In this document: one piece after another, positions 41,883-55,039 of the stretch
How the letters are laid out: each line of letters begins with the position of its first letter
Numbering within the stretch: the stretch's first letter is position 1
NCBI RefSeq assembly: GCF_009914755.1
Contig: NC_060936.1
Strand: one strand, 5' to 3'
Source: the human T2T-CHM13v2.0 reference genome, Homo sapiens
Length of the DNA: 64,000 nucleotides
The notes under the pieces: generated by a model
Database searches by the model: none
What the model was told of the DNA's origin: nothing
What the model saw: the letters and a program-made list of their open reading frames with translations, nothing else
Made by a program: the position numbers and the translations under genes

Positions 41883-44580
41883 GTAAGGCCCAGCTTGAGT
41901 ATTTCTTGTATGCAGTCTTATGAGTTTGACATACTTGTCTTTCTGATAAGCATTCAAATAATAAACAATTGGTCTAAACTACACCAGCTAAAAAGAGATA
42001 GCAAGGGCCACTGTCAATTTGCTGTTATTTAAAATCTGTCTCATTATTTTTAATCTAATTTTTTTAAAGTGAAAAACAAAATAATTAGCCCCACCCAACT
42101 GCAGAATTCTGCCTGTGAAAAACTTTATCACAAAGTATGCGTTTTGTTTCCTAGAAAAATATTCTATGGACACTGATAAACTATTAACCCAAAATATGCA
42201 ACCATTGAAATTTGCCTAAATCAATTCTATTTGAATATACATAAAATGCCTATTTGAATATAACACATTGCTTATGGGACACAAAATCTTGCTCAAGATT
42301 TCTAACAATACCAGTTTGTCAGTTTCTAATCAAAGCATGAGTACTGTTTTCCTATGGTTTTCTTTGCTGATCAATAGTCCCAAGAACTCAAAGAAAGACA
42401 AAAATCAGAGCAAACTTCGAAAGAGATGTTTTGGTCTTATTTGAGCGCTCCAAAATATACTAAACTGAGCAATATCTGTGCCTAATGGATCTTTGAACAC
42501 TGAGGAGGAGTTCTTGGGCAGGACTTTAAGAGTACCTGGAATGAATGGAGACTGATGTTCCACAGGTGCCTCAGACTCCCAGTCATAATCTAAACTCTTT
42601 ATCAGCAGTATTTCTGCAAAACAAACCTGTTTTTACTTTTGTCTTCCCTAGCATTGCCTAGTCTCTCAAGGTAGAATCCTCAACGTTATCTTTGACTCCT
42701 CTTCCTTCCAACCTCTATCCCCAAATTATTGGTTACCACTTACTTCTGTCTCAAATGTCTGTCGCTCCCTCCTCCTTCCTTAGCCTTATCACTTAGCCTT
42801 ATCCCTTCATCCCGTCCCTACTGGGATAACTGCTTCCTAATTGGTGTCCTTGCCCCTGCTGTCCACCTTTCCTTCTAAACTTTTCCTTTTCACTGTCTCT
42901 CAGGTAATCTTTCTAAAACATAAATCTGATGATGTCAGTCTGCTTCTTAAAAATTGCAACTATTTCCCATTACCTACCAGCTAAAGTCTTCACAGTGCCA
43001 CATAGTGCTTCCTGATGGGCTTCAGCCCTCTTTGCTGGCCTCGTTATTTTCTTGCACGCCCCACATACCCACTGTGCTACAGCTTTTACTTTTCCCAAGT
43101 TCACACCATGAACTTGTTCTCACACCCCTTTGCTCATCTTTCCTGTCGCACAGTCCCTCTGTCTAGTAAAATCCTACCCATTCATTCATCATAAACATTT
43201 TATTCATTCGACAAATATGATTTCCTAATGAGGACCAGAAACTGTAGGAGACTCAGATCAGTCTACATATGCCTACTTTGTGAACTTTCCCCAATATATT
43301 TCCTACAGCACTTTCTTCATTTGACTAATAAAGTTCATCTTAGCATGCAGCACACTGAAAGGCACTTAAATGTTTGTTCACACTAAAAACAGTTGTTTAT
43401 GAATTATGTTCTTGACACACTTCACTTAATCCTCACAAGTACCAAATAAGGTAGTTATTATTACCCTCATTTTATAGATGAGAAAATTGATGTTCTGGGA
43501 GGTTACAAGTCTTGCCTGAAACCACACAAAGTAGCAGAATTATGATTTCTGATTTGTCCAACTCTTTCTGTCAACTCCTGCTGCTAATTATTTGTATCAT
43601 AGTAAGCACTTCATAAATCTGTCTTTGCAACTAGATTGTAAGCTTCTCAAGGGCAGCCACTAGTCTTTATCATTGTACTCTCAATGCCTGCTCCAGTGCT
43701 TAATAATGTTTATTGAATGAATGAATGATAGCATGATTTCTGGGTTCCACTTAAATTTGACAAATGAGAAAATCTCAATAATATCTCAGTCTCTAGGCAT
43801 CCTTCAGAATGATTCATCAAGCCATTGATTCAGCCTCATGGGCTGGGACATTAGCCCTATCATTAACTTACCTATCTTCCCTGAGTAGAATTTTTTAAAG
43901 TTTTGTGAAAAATAATGATTTTTAAAAATAAAATCATATTTAATTTTTAAATATCACTGTTATAATTACGTAGAATCATTCAAATTGCCAGAGAACCTCT
44001 GCAAAATCACACATCAGAGCCACCAATACTAATGACCATGTGCTTCCCTGAAGAAACTGGATGATGTCTATAATCTAATGAAATAAAAGGGACAAGCTGG
44101 AAAATCTGCCTCTGCCAATTACTTACCAGTTTCATGGTTATATAAAGGGCTCAATCAGACCTACAATCAAGTCTTTTGTAAATGCCAAATTCACTGGTGG
44201 GTGAGGATGAGAGCAAATGTTTTAATTCAGGCTTTTTACAACCATTAGTAATGAACTATGATTGAAATAAGTTCCATTGTTACAGTAACTCAAAATCATG
44301 CAAAAATAATAATTTTAGTTCTTTTATGAGAGGAAGGCAGAATATATTAGCATTTAATCTGCCTGAAAATAACAGTGACTCACCAGAACTATCTAGATAG
44401 CAGTCAGTCATTCAGTCAACAACATTTAAGGCCTACTGCATGAAGCCTTGTTAGCAAGAGGTAAAACTGGTTGGTGGTGGGGGTTCAGCTACATTGGAAT
44501 ATTATAAATTCCTCCATCTTTTTTTTTTTTTTTTTTTACTCTTTTGGTGATGGTTGCTTTTTTTTTTTTTTTTCCCCCAG

Positions 44581-44721
44581 GAAGCACCAACTAATAAGCT
44601 TCTCTATGCCAAGGATATCCCAACCTACAAAGAAGAAGTAAAATCTTATTACAAAGCAATCAGGGATTTGCCTCCATTGTCATCCTCAGAAATGGAAGAA
44701 TTTTTAACTCAGGAATCTAAG
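44581..44721 (+). CDS. PLXNC1: Plexin C1 coding exon 12/14 (EAPTNKLLYAKDIP...TQESK)
   Basis: T16-CCCCCAG acceptor, GTATCA donor, 141 nt; NKLLYAKDIP motif. Confidence 0.98.
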
Positions 44722-44801
44722 GTATCATTAGAAAGCAGAAATAAGCTTATATTTGGTTACTTTACGTCATTTCAGAATCTCTCAACAAGTCTTTCTTTTA
44801 G

Positions 44802-44876
44802 AAACATGAAAATGAATTTAATGAAGAAGTGGCCTTGACAGAAATTTACAAATACATCGTAAAATATTTTGATGAG
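44802..44876 (+). CDS. PLXNC1: Plexin C1 coding exon 13/14 (KHENEFNEEVALTEIYKYIVKYFDE)
   Basis: ctttttAG / GTAAGA, 75 nt; preceded by an 80-nt intron. Confidence 0.96.
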
Positions 44877-46005
44877 GTAAGATTTTAAATAACATTGTTT
44901 TTAACCTTTGAATCAGGCACAAGGATGTGGTTATAGCATTCTGTCAGTTTCAGAACAGCTCTGGCATCCCAAAAGGCCAGAAAGGGAAGCCAGGAAGCCT
45001 GTCTGAGATGGGGGATCCTGGCACTGAGCCAGACCCTGTACATGGCTGCCCCCCTTACAGTTTTATCATGCTGCCCACATTTGGACCAGCCTGAATTTAC
45101 ATTTGAGTTCATGGGGCCTACAGCCACCCTGACTCAAGTTAACTTTGATGAGTAAGTAGTGGCCCTATTAAATGGGGTCAGCTTATGCTTGATTGTAATT
45201 TGCTAAAAATGAAAGCTAAGCTTGTTAAATTGCCTAGATTCTGTATTCAATCGTTATATGAAATTATGACATATTTCTAACTTAAGCGACTATTTCAATA
45301 AACCATTCTCCTTTATGATTAATTCTCCTTAATCTGGGTTTTTTTCTTTGGAAATTCAAACAGACACATTCATCAGATGCTTTGTTTCCAAACAAATGTT
45401 AACTCCCCCTTCCCTGATTCCCCCCCAATCATGCTGGGACAGGCTATCCATGTCAATGGTGAGAATAGCTCACCAATTCCATTTGCTACTTGAAGATGAA
45501 GTGAAGCTCTAAGGTAGGGTAGAGGCAATGAGTTCTTAAACATGATAAGCATCCCTCGTTCCAGGGGTCAGGGGAGAGAAGGGAAGCACGAGGAGGGACT
45601 ACACTGCCCAGATGGGAGGGAAGGGAAGGATCTGTCTCTGACCAGGATGTCCCTGCCTGCTGCATTTAAGGAGAAATACTTGCCTGCATGTTGGCTGCCC
45701 AGGAATGCTTGCTGTGCTTGGAATGGCTGTGACATAATGCATAAAGCAGGGCCTAGGAAGCCTGGCCCCATATTTGTAAGCAAATAGTTGGTATTTCTTG
45801 CGAGCTTCTATTTTAAGCCAAGGTATTGTTGATCCTGTGATAAGGACTTAGCAAAACAACTTGCAAAGTGAGTATGTAAATGATGGAAGAAAATGTTGGC
45901 ATCTGTTTCATACAGATTTTACCACTCATAGCATCAGGTATGCAAAAAACAGAATTGTAACGCTAAAACCACAATATCTAAAATAACTGTTCTAATTGTC
46001 AACAG

Positions 46006-46110
46006 ATTCTAAATAAACTAGAAAGAGAACGAGGGCTGGAAGAAGCTCAGAAACAACTCTTGCATGTAAAAGTCTTATTTGATGAAAAGAAGAAATGCAA
46101 GTGGATGTAA
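46006..46110 (+). CDS. PLXNC1: Plexin C1 terminal coding segment (ILNKLERE...KKKCKWM*)
   Basis: aacAG acceptor at 46004-46005; 35 codons ending TAA 46108-46110. Confidence 0.96.
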   Translation: MLNKLERERGLEEAQKQLLHVKVLFDEKKKCKWM

Positions 46111-48500
46111 GCACTCTGGGGCCTGGCTTAATCTGGCAAAGTTCTTCAGACGACTTGGGAGCAAAATGGCTGCTTGAGCTACTCTGTGTCGTTAATTTGT
46201 TGTTTGCACATAGGTTCCACTTTGGGCACTGTCTTTTTAAGAGACCAAGGCACATGCACAGCTTTTAGAAAGCATACCAACCCTTGTGCCTGTGTGTATA
46301 CCGTGGGAACCCTTCTGTAAATAGAGTTGAAGTGGTTGTTGCAAACAGCCTCCTTGTTTACAGAGAATACAAGGCCAGTAAGCGAATGTCAGTATTGTAA
46401 CTACAGTCTCCACTTAAGCACAATGATATAAGTGGTTTTGTTTGAAAACTACAGCTATGTAGCACTTGTGCTACACTGCACCTCTGCATTGTAAAGGGAT
46501 ACTGCCAGTGCTCAAAACAAAATGTGAAATGAGTCATTTGGAAACAAGGTGGGGGTGTTAGGGCAACCTCGAGGATTTGCAGCATTGAAACTTTCCCCAG
46601 TAGTTCTTGGAAAAGCTGACCGCAGAATTTGGTAGTGTACACTTAGCATTTGTGAGTGTGTGTGTGTGTTTAAACCAAAAACTAACAGTGTTGCAACATT
46701 GTTGAAAGGGCTCGTGTTTTTCAGTGGTCATCAACTGCACTCCATCAAACTCACCTCCATTTCACCAAGGAGCTCTAAAGTAAGGAGAGTGGGCTTTATT
46801 TAAATGAACAGCATTTTAACCAGATACTTTGTCCTAATGTATGTTCCTTTTCTTCATCTGTTTTTTCATACTAAATGTATTTGATAGTGGACATGTTGGA
46901 TATTATACAAAAAAATCATTAATTCATTTCTGTTCCAAAACCTTTGATCAGAACGATCTGTGGAAGAGTAACTCCATTTCTATATGAGTGAGTGTCTCCT
47001 TGCTTTAGATTTCTGGTGAACCCTGTGGTTATGAATACTTGTGTGTGATTTAAAAAAAAAAAGATACATTTTACATTTCATCGAATTGCTGTTCACACTG
47101 GAGTATTATATATAAATATATATATTTGAGGCCCAAGGCCTGAAAAATATTAGTATACAACTTGGTATCTTAGTCTTACTATGTACTTTTTGAAAGTATT
47201 CCTCGCAGGAGAAAGAATTTAAAATACCCATTTTATTCATGCCTTTCTTTTTAAAGAATTCTCTATCCAGTTATACTGTAGTCTTTTTAGTGCTGATTTT
47301 TTAATTCCTGAATTTTTGCTGCTCATGACCAGTTTTAATACCACTGTGTTTTCCTTCTATTAAACCAGAAGAAGTAAACAGCATAATTGGCAACTCTTGA
47401 GCTTTTCTTGTGGCAGGCACCTTTTACCCTTGGTGCTCCAAATCCCCCATCTAGGAAAGAAAATTTTTTCAAGTCAAATAACATTGATCACATATTCCTT
47501 GAAATCATTTACCAACACTGTATGGAGCATTAGGATTTAAATATGAATTTGTCTTAAAGGCAATTCCTTTTTGCTTCTGTATTATCTGGAAAAGCATGAG
47601 AGAGGTGACACCTCAACAAACTGATCAGAGAAAATAAGCAGTTACTACCCTGATAGGCACCTTCCCAATCCTGTTGCTTTTGACCATTGTCTGTCCAACG
47701 GACACACCTCAAACAAACAAAACTACCAAATAGATGACAGATCAGAATAAAGGTGAGAGGTCTGGTCCCCATTGAAGGCTGCTACAGTCTTCAAAGAGGT
47801 GAAGGAGTTCATAAGAGAACAACAGTAGGAAAGTTGAGAGCCAAGGGTAGGAGAGTTGCCCAAAAGACTTCCCCTACTACTTTAGGGTACTGAAAACTCA
47901 AAGGATCAGCTACAGCTTTATCTAAGTATTTACTAAATGCTACATGAGGGTGTCCCTGTCCAGCTTTCTGGCACATGAGTCCTGTGTGGAGAGTTACCTC
48001 CTCTTCCAGGGACTGTGCTGTTGGGAACTTTGGGCAAGTCACTTACCTCTTTGTGCCTCAATTTCTGTATAATATTTCTAAGCTACCTCACTGAGGTGGT
48101 ATGAAGATTCACTAATGTATGTAGCGTGTTTGTCAATCCTCCAGTGAAAAGCACTATCTAGATCACATTTTGGATCACATTAGCCAAATGCAGTAAATGG
48201 CCAAATTAGATGTGTGCTGAAGACAATCAGTCACTGGGTCTATATTAAACAGCAACCAGAGCAACAAATGGCAAACAATTTCTATTTTCAAGTTTCTTTG
48301 CATATTTTTTTGGTGCAAAACCATTTATAAACTTTTTTTTCTAACACTAGTGTCTACAGCAGCATTTAAAAAAATTCTGTTACCTTTTCTGTATTAGGAT
48401 TTAAAGTCTATTTCTTATTGTATACCTGATTGAAGCTGTTCTTGGAGATGAATGTTTTAAATGTCTATATCCAAAAAATAAACATTTTGATGTAACTGTG
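46111..48500 (+). other. PLXNC1: PLXNC1 3'UTR (~2.4 kb)
   Basis: AT-rich, repeat-poor stretch from the stop codon to AATAAA 48477 with a downstream GU/U-rich element; end is approximate. Confidence 0.8.
48477..48482 (+). terminator. PLXNC1 distal polyadenylation signal AATAAA
   Basis: AATAAA followed ~20 nt later by gactgtc and an 11-T run; alternative hexamers at 47359 (ATTAAA) and 47746 (AATAAA). Confidence 0.8.
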
Positions 48501-49122
48501 GACTGTCTTTTTTTTTTTCAATTTTCTAGTTATAATAGTTTTTTTATTCTAAGTGGCTCCGTGGAAATTATTTTTCAGAGATAAGGTGTCACTGTATATG
48601 CTGTGAATAAGCAGCTATATTATGTAGTAAGTAAACCTAGTTTGCTAAATGGTGCTAAGGACTGCTCAATTACAGTCCTGGCCTTCTTCACTATCAACTG
48701 GGACTTTTGACTATGAACACCTTGGGATAATGAACATTCCACTTAATTTGGGAGACTTGAGCTTTAGCCTCGTTAACATGAAATTATTCCAGCAGAATTC
48801 CTCTAAAAGATGTCACATTAAAAAGGCTTCCAATGGGTGTAGACCAAAAAAAATGAGAGCATACTTAGGGACACAAAACACATAATTATTTGGTTAGATC
48901 CACAGTAATGGGAAGTAAAGTTAAATACCAACAATGTTTATAAAAGGACCTGAGTTCAAGTTTTATAATCAATGGCCCCCTTGTTAATACAGCCATAGGA
49001 TTTAATTATTTGCACTTATTCTCTATTCTAACAAAGCCAAAATCAGTAGACTGTCATATTGCTAAATATATGCTATATGGTTGATGTAAAATTAAACACA
49101 CGATTAAAAAAAAATTAAGCTC

Positions 49123-49128
49123 TTTAAT
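49123..49128 (-). terminator. Probable CEP83 polyadenylation signal ATTAAA
   Basis: ~510 nt after the stop codon; followed on the - strand by a U run and GUGUGUUU element. Confidence 0.6.
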
Positions 49129-49636
49129 TATGTGCACACAGATTTTAGAAAAGGTAGCCTTTTGTATATAGATACCTTTACATTCTTTAGGCTGACTTTT
49201 AAATTGTCATCTTTTTTCAACTACAGTTTTTGTATATAGTAAACCAGAAGATGTGTATGGACCCTGTTATGGCCAAGCATCTCAAAGATGAAGAGAGAAT
49301 TAATGATAGTTATATTTCACTCAAAATGCCAAAAAAAAAAATTCAACAAAGTAAAAATTTTAAAACTTGACTCTAACTAGTTCCTTTTTGTTTTACATTC
49401 TCAAACCATTGTCAAATATTCTAAATATCTCTGAGAATTTCTCTTTTAATGCTTCACTTGTATAATCTTAAAATCCTGACAGTCATACAATACAGCATGT
49501 AGTAGGTACCTTTTCTTGAGGCACATTCAAGTGTTTTGGCAAACAGTAAAAAGTATCTAAATGCCACAGGTTAAAATGTCAAGTTTTACTGAGTCACCAA
49601 CTTCACCTCTTTTGATCTGCCTGTTCTCCAAGAACA

Positions 49637-49828
<192 letters not shown>

Positions 49829-50738
49829 CTATAACATCTGGCAAGGAAATGCTGACCACTGTAGCAGTCTAAAAACAGTAGCATGGGCTAAACTACCATC
49901 TAGTTTTGCTTCTCTCCTGCCTCAGGCTCTAGCCTTAAGCAAAACCCGTAGTCTGTTCTTCTCTAGGTATAAAATTCACCAGGGAGTGAATTAGAAAATA
50001 CTAATGCAGGGCCCAGGTATACTTACATGGTAACTTTCCAACAACACTGGTGTTTAACAGCAGTTTATTATAAACAAAGCACTTGGCCTGAGATTCAATT
50101 CAGTGATTAAAATCTTCTGTGCTTATGTTATAAAACATAATTACTTATTAATACTCCCATCTTCTGAAAAAGAATCAATCTGATTCCTTCAATACCTCAG
50201 GGGCTTGATACAATAGAAAGAACCCGGGTTTTGGATTCAACAGGTTTAGGTTTGAAACTTTGTCACTTATTAGCTATGACCTTATGCAAGTCACTTCACT
50301 CTGAATCAGTTTCCTTATCTATGAATTAGGAATAGTAATATCTGCCCTCAAAGCATTTTTCGTTAGTATTAGACATTGCACGGAACATGCACAGTTCACT
50401 GCGTTAGTAAATTCTCAGTAGTAATTACTATTAACATTATGAATAAGCTACAAACTCTAGGTTACTCAATGACTCAATCAAGTTTCCTCTTTTCTATCGT
50501 CCAGTAAGAGATTTCACTCTCAGCACCAACACTAAAGGATCATGATTCAAACTGAATTCAGCAAATTTCTATGCTAAATGAAAGGGAAGAAGTTAAAAGT
50601 AGTTTTAAATGTTTATGCCATTTTTGTGGTGAATTTTGAGCACTGACCAAAGTTATAATTTGAGTTTTATCACCATATTTAAACATAAAAACCTACAAAA
50701 ATGTACGACTTTTTTTTTCCCCCTAAAATAAATGCTCA

Positions 50739-50972
<234 letters not shown>

Positions 50973-51301
50973 CTATTGAAGCACAGTATGATTCACAGAA
51001 TATAATTTTAAACTGGAATTTCTAAATTATGAGATCTATATATAATATATAGATAAAAAATCTGTTTACCTAGAAAGATAAACAGAAACATGACATAACA
51101 TCTTAATCATTAGCAATCATTAGCATTGCAGACTATCAACTCATTATAAAGTTTTATTTGCTAATTAAAGATCTAAAATCTTTTGATACTTTGGTACTCA
51201 CTCCTACCCTCCTACTCACCCCCATTCATGAATCCTGAAACTAAAGGGAGACTCTAAACCAAAAGAGTGCCTTATCTTACAGAAAGAATCAAATAAAAAT
51301 A

Positions 51302-51540
51302 CAGTTCATCCCTCAGTATACACATGGGATTAGTTCCAGGACATCCCTCATATATCAAAGCCTGTGCATACAAGTCCTGCAGTCAGCCCTGCAGAACCCT
51401 CATAATGGAAAAGTTGGTTCTCTGAACTGGTGGGTTTCACATCCTGTGAATACTATATTTTCTATCCATGTTTGCCCGAATAAAAATCTGTATATAAGTA
51501 GACCCATGCAGTTCAAGCCCATGTTGTCAAGGGTCAAGTG
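51302..51540. mobile_element. MER8-like TcMar-Tigger MITE
   Basis: TA flanks; cagttcatccctc...gttccaggac and gcagttcaagcccatgttgtcaagggtcaagtg termini; ~240 bp. Confidence 0.8.
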
Positions 51541-51646
51541 TAAAGAAAATGCTGGATTGAAGCTTACAAAATTGCCATTTTTAAATAGGTGAAATATGGT
51601 CAAATATAGAGATTTTCATAGTTCAATCTAATTTTCAAAATGTCAG

Positions 51647-52504
51647 TGTAATATTTTAGTAAGAAATATATATTTGGTCTTTGCCCTTGGTTCCTGGCAC
51701 ACAGCTCCTAAAACTCTGGGAAACTCTGAAGTGATAAGAGTATCTTTTGTATATTAATAAGATAACTGGTGGCTGGGGGCCCCTGAATAGCTTCAGGATG
51801 GGGCAGGTCACCAGAAAGACTGAGGCATGATTAGAGGGTTGGAACTTTCAGCCCCACTCTCCAACCCCACCCCATGACATCTGGGAAGGTAAAGGACTAA
51901 AGGTTGAGTTGATCACCAATGGCCAATGATGTAATCAATCATGCCTATGTAATGAAGCCTCCATAAAAACCCAAAAGCATGGGGTCAGAGAGCTTCTGGG
52001 TTGCTGAACATGTGCAGGTGTCTGCAGGGAGGCATGCCCAGAGAGGGCATGGAAACTCCACACCCCCTTCCTCATAACTTTTCCTATGTATCTCTTTCAT
52101 CTGACTGCTCATCTATATATTTTGTAATATCCTTTCTAGTAAGCTGGTTAACATAAGTTTCCCTGAGTTCTGTAAGCTGCTCTAGCAAATTAACTGAACA
52201 TGATGAGCAGGTCATGGGAACCCCAATTTATGGCCATTTTTAGCCAGTCAGAAGCACGGGTTACAACTTGGGGCTTATGGCTGCATTCTGAAGTGGGGGG
52301 CAGTCTTGTGGGACTGAGCCCTCTACCTGTGGGATCTGATGCTAAATCCAGGTAGACAGGATCAGACCTGAATTACAGGACACCTAGCTCGTGTCCACTG
52401 GAAAACTGATTACTCCATGTATAGGAAAAAACCCCAAACATCTGGTGTCAGAAATGTTGTGTTGACTGTGTGAGAATAGGAAAAACACTGGTTTTTCCTA
52501 TTAT
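51647..52504 (+). mobile_element. MER21-like solo LTR
   Basis: ggttcctggcacacagctcctaaaact...ttagagggttggaactttcagcccc...atcaatcatgcctatgtaatgaagcctccataaaaaccc. Confidence 0.78.
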
Positions 52505-52752
52505 AAAAGGTAATCACAAAGGTGAAGCTACACAACTTTAGGAAAAAATGACATGGAGAAAAAGGCTAACTTTCCAGGCCTTCACAGATCATCATCTTTT
52601 TGGACACGACATCCAGTAATCAAATATAATTTCAAAATCACTCAAAATTCTAGATGATCTGCACCACAACTGGCCAATCTTGAATTGCTAACATTTCAAT
52701 ATTAATGTTTATGGAAGAGGAAGTAAGTTGAATTCTGTTTTAGAAGGACTGA

Positions 52753-52910
52753 GCCAGGAATGGTGGCTCATGCTTGTAATCCCAGTGCTTTGGGAGGCTG
52801 AGGCAGGAGAATAGATTAAGCCTAGGGGTTCGAGGCTACAGTTAGCTATGATCGTGCCACTGCACTCCACCCTGAACCATAGACGAAGACCCCATGTTTA
52901 AAAAAAAAAA
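52753..52910 (+). mobile_element. Fossil Alu monomer (FAM/FRAM-like), copy 1
   Basis: Single monomer plus A tail; paralogous to 54213-54372. Confidence 0.8.
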
Positions 52911-53033
52911 GAATTGAAACAAAATTCAAAATTACAAGCATGTTTGTAATTTACAAATTACTACCAAATTAATAAACTAAAGGCGGCCTCCTACTTTGGA
53001 ATAGAGTATTGTAAGGCTGGCACTAATTCTACA

Positions 53034-53056
53034 GTCTAGAAACTTCTAGAATGTTC
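53034..53056. promoter_or_regulatory. Heat-shock element-like array
   Basis: gtc-ta-GAA-ac-TTC-ta-GAA-tg-TTC: four perfect alternating nGAAn units. Confidence 0.45.
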
Positions 53057-53736
53057 TTTAAAAAACAATTGTTCACCTGTTGGTAATAATTGCACCCAAG
53101 AACACCAGTGCACATCATAAAACGTCACTGCATGATATTATAGGCAGTTTCCATTACAGAAAAATCTATACTTGAATAGCCAAGGCGCTGAAGGCTACCA
53201 CTAATTCACTAAATTAAAAAGATTTTTCTTAACTTGAATCAAATGTGTCATATAATGCCACTACCAACAACTTAATATGACAAATCTCTGCTTTAAAAAT
53301 GCTGATGATCCTGATTATCAGATGTGCTTGAATGTGACTGCAAAACCCGAAACTACAGCTCAATAAAATCTCCACACCAGGAAACCAAAACTGACCTTTG
53401 ATTCAAAGTTGTAGGCACAATTTTCAGAACTATGCAATAGCTACAACTGTCTTGTACAGCAGCAACAACTAACACCACTCCTTGCTACCAAAGCCAGTGA
53501 CATTTTCTGTTAGTCCCAATCATAAGGCAAACACCTGGTATGTGACAGAGACCTTTTGGTTTAAAGAAACATTCAGTTAGGGGGTAAAAAAAGGATAGTA
53601 CATTAGGAGTTATCAAGCTGTTTTAGAAATCTTTAAAATGTATATTTTAAAAGAAAAGAAGGTACGTTATACTTAGAGACAAAGTTCTATGACATCAAAA
53701 TAACCACATGGGGAAGATACACATACAAACACATTA

Positions 53737-53841
<105 letters not shown>

Positions 53842-54212
53842 CTAAAAAGAGAAATATGAACAAGTATGTTAATACATAATCTCTTATTTGAACAAAACTA
53901 TATAGAAAATATTTTACTCACCAAAAACTGTGTTTAGATATGAATGTTTTCAGTGAATACTAGAAACAAAGGTTAGTAGACATGGCTCTTACTGAAAATT
54001 GCAAAGATAATAAACCACAAATCTATCTAATATTCTCAATGTGACAATTAATTATGAATGCCAAACAAAAAAACTGTTATCAATAATTGCTGCAAAAAAA
54101 AAATCTACAAAGGGAAGGAGTCAAATTTTACTACTGAGTCTGCCTGTACATCTGGTAAGAAATAATGAGCTCTCCATTGTTCCAGAAGATAGCATGTGTT
54201 TAAGAGAACTGA

Positions 54213-54372
54213 GCCAGGTACAGTGGCTCATGCCTGTAATCCCAGTGCTTTGGGAGGCTGAGGCAGGAGGATGGATTAAGCCTAGGAGTTCAAGGCTACA
54301 GTTAGCTATGACTGTGCCACTCCACCCTGGACAACAGATCAAGAACCCATTAAAAAAAAAAAAAAAAAAAAA
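54213..54372 (+). mobile_element. Fossil Alu monomer (FAM/FRAM-like), copy 2
   Basis: Shares private substitutions with copy 1; agaactga TSD-like flanks. Confidence 0.8.
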
Positions 54373-54381
54373 GGGTGGGGA

Positions 54382-54716
<335 letters not shown>

Positions 54717-55039
54717 TTATAAAGTACTACCAAATTAATAAAACTGAAGGATCAGAAAGCTAAGATAAATATGGATGCATCTGTTTAAAAGTTGCCTTTC
54801 TAAATCTTAAAAGGAAAAAATTTAAACTTTACAATATACAAAGGGAGAAATTCCTAAGTAAATCTTGTATGGTTTCATTAAACAATACGGAAAAGTCCAG
54901 GTAAAATGCAAAAGGAGTGTATGGAAAAAAGTAGTATTTTTTTTCAGTTTTTATACACAGGCCTTTTGTTTTTTAATAGAAAAACACCTAAAATGTTAAA
55001 ACTCATTTAGTCGCTACAAACCTTTTAGGTATTTTCTAA

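Noticed and set aside
44776-44801. Alternative acceptor ttcAG at 44774-44775
   Set aside because: Would leave a 54-nt intron, below the usual minimum for human spliceosomal introns
52475-52502. 12-bp perfect inverted repeat at the MER21 end (also a 10-bp AT-rich one at 51034-51054)
   Set aside because: Short, low-complexity quasi-palindromes with no further support; not terminators in a eukaryotic intron
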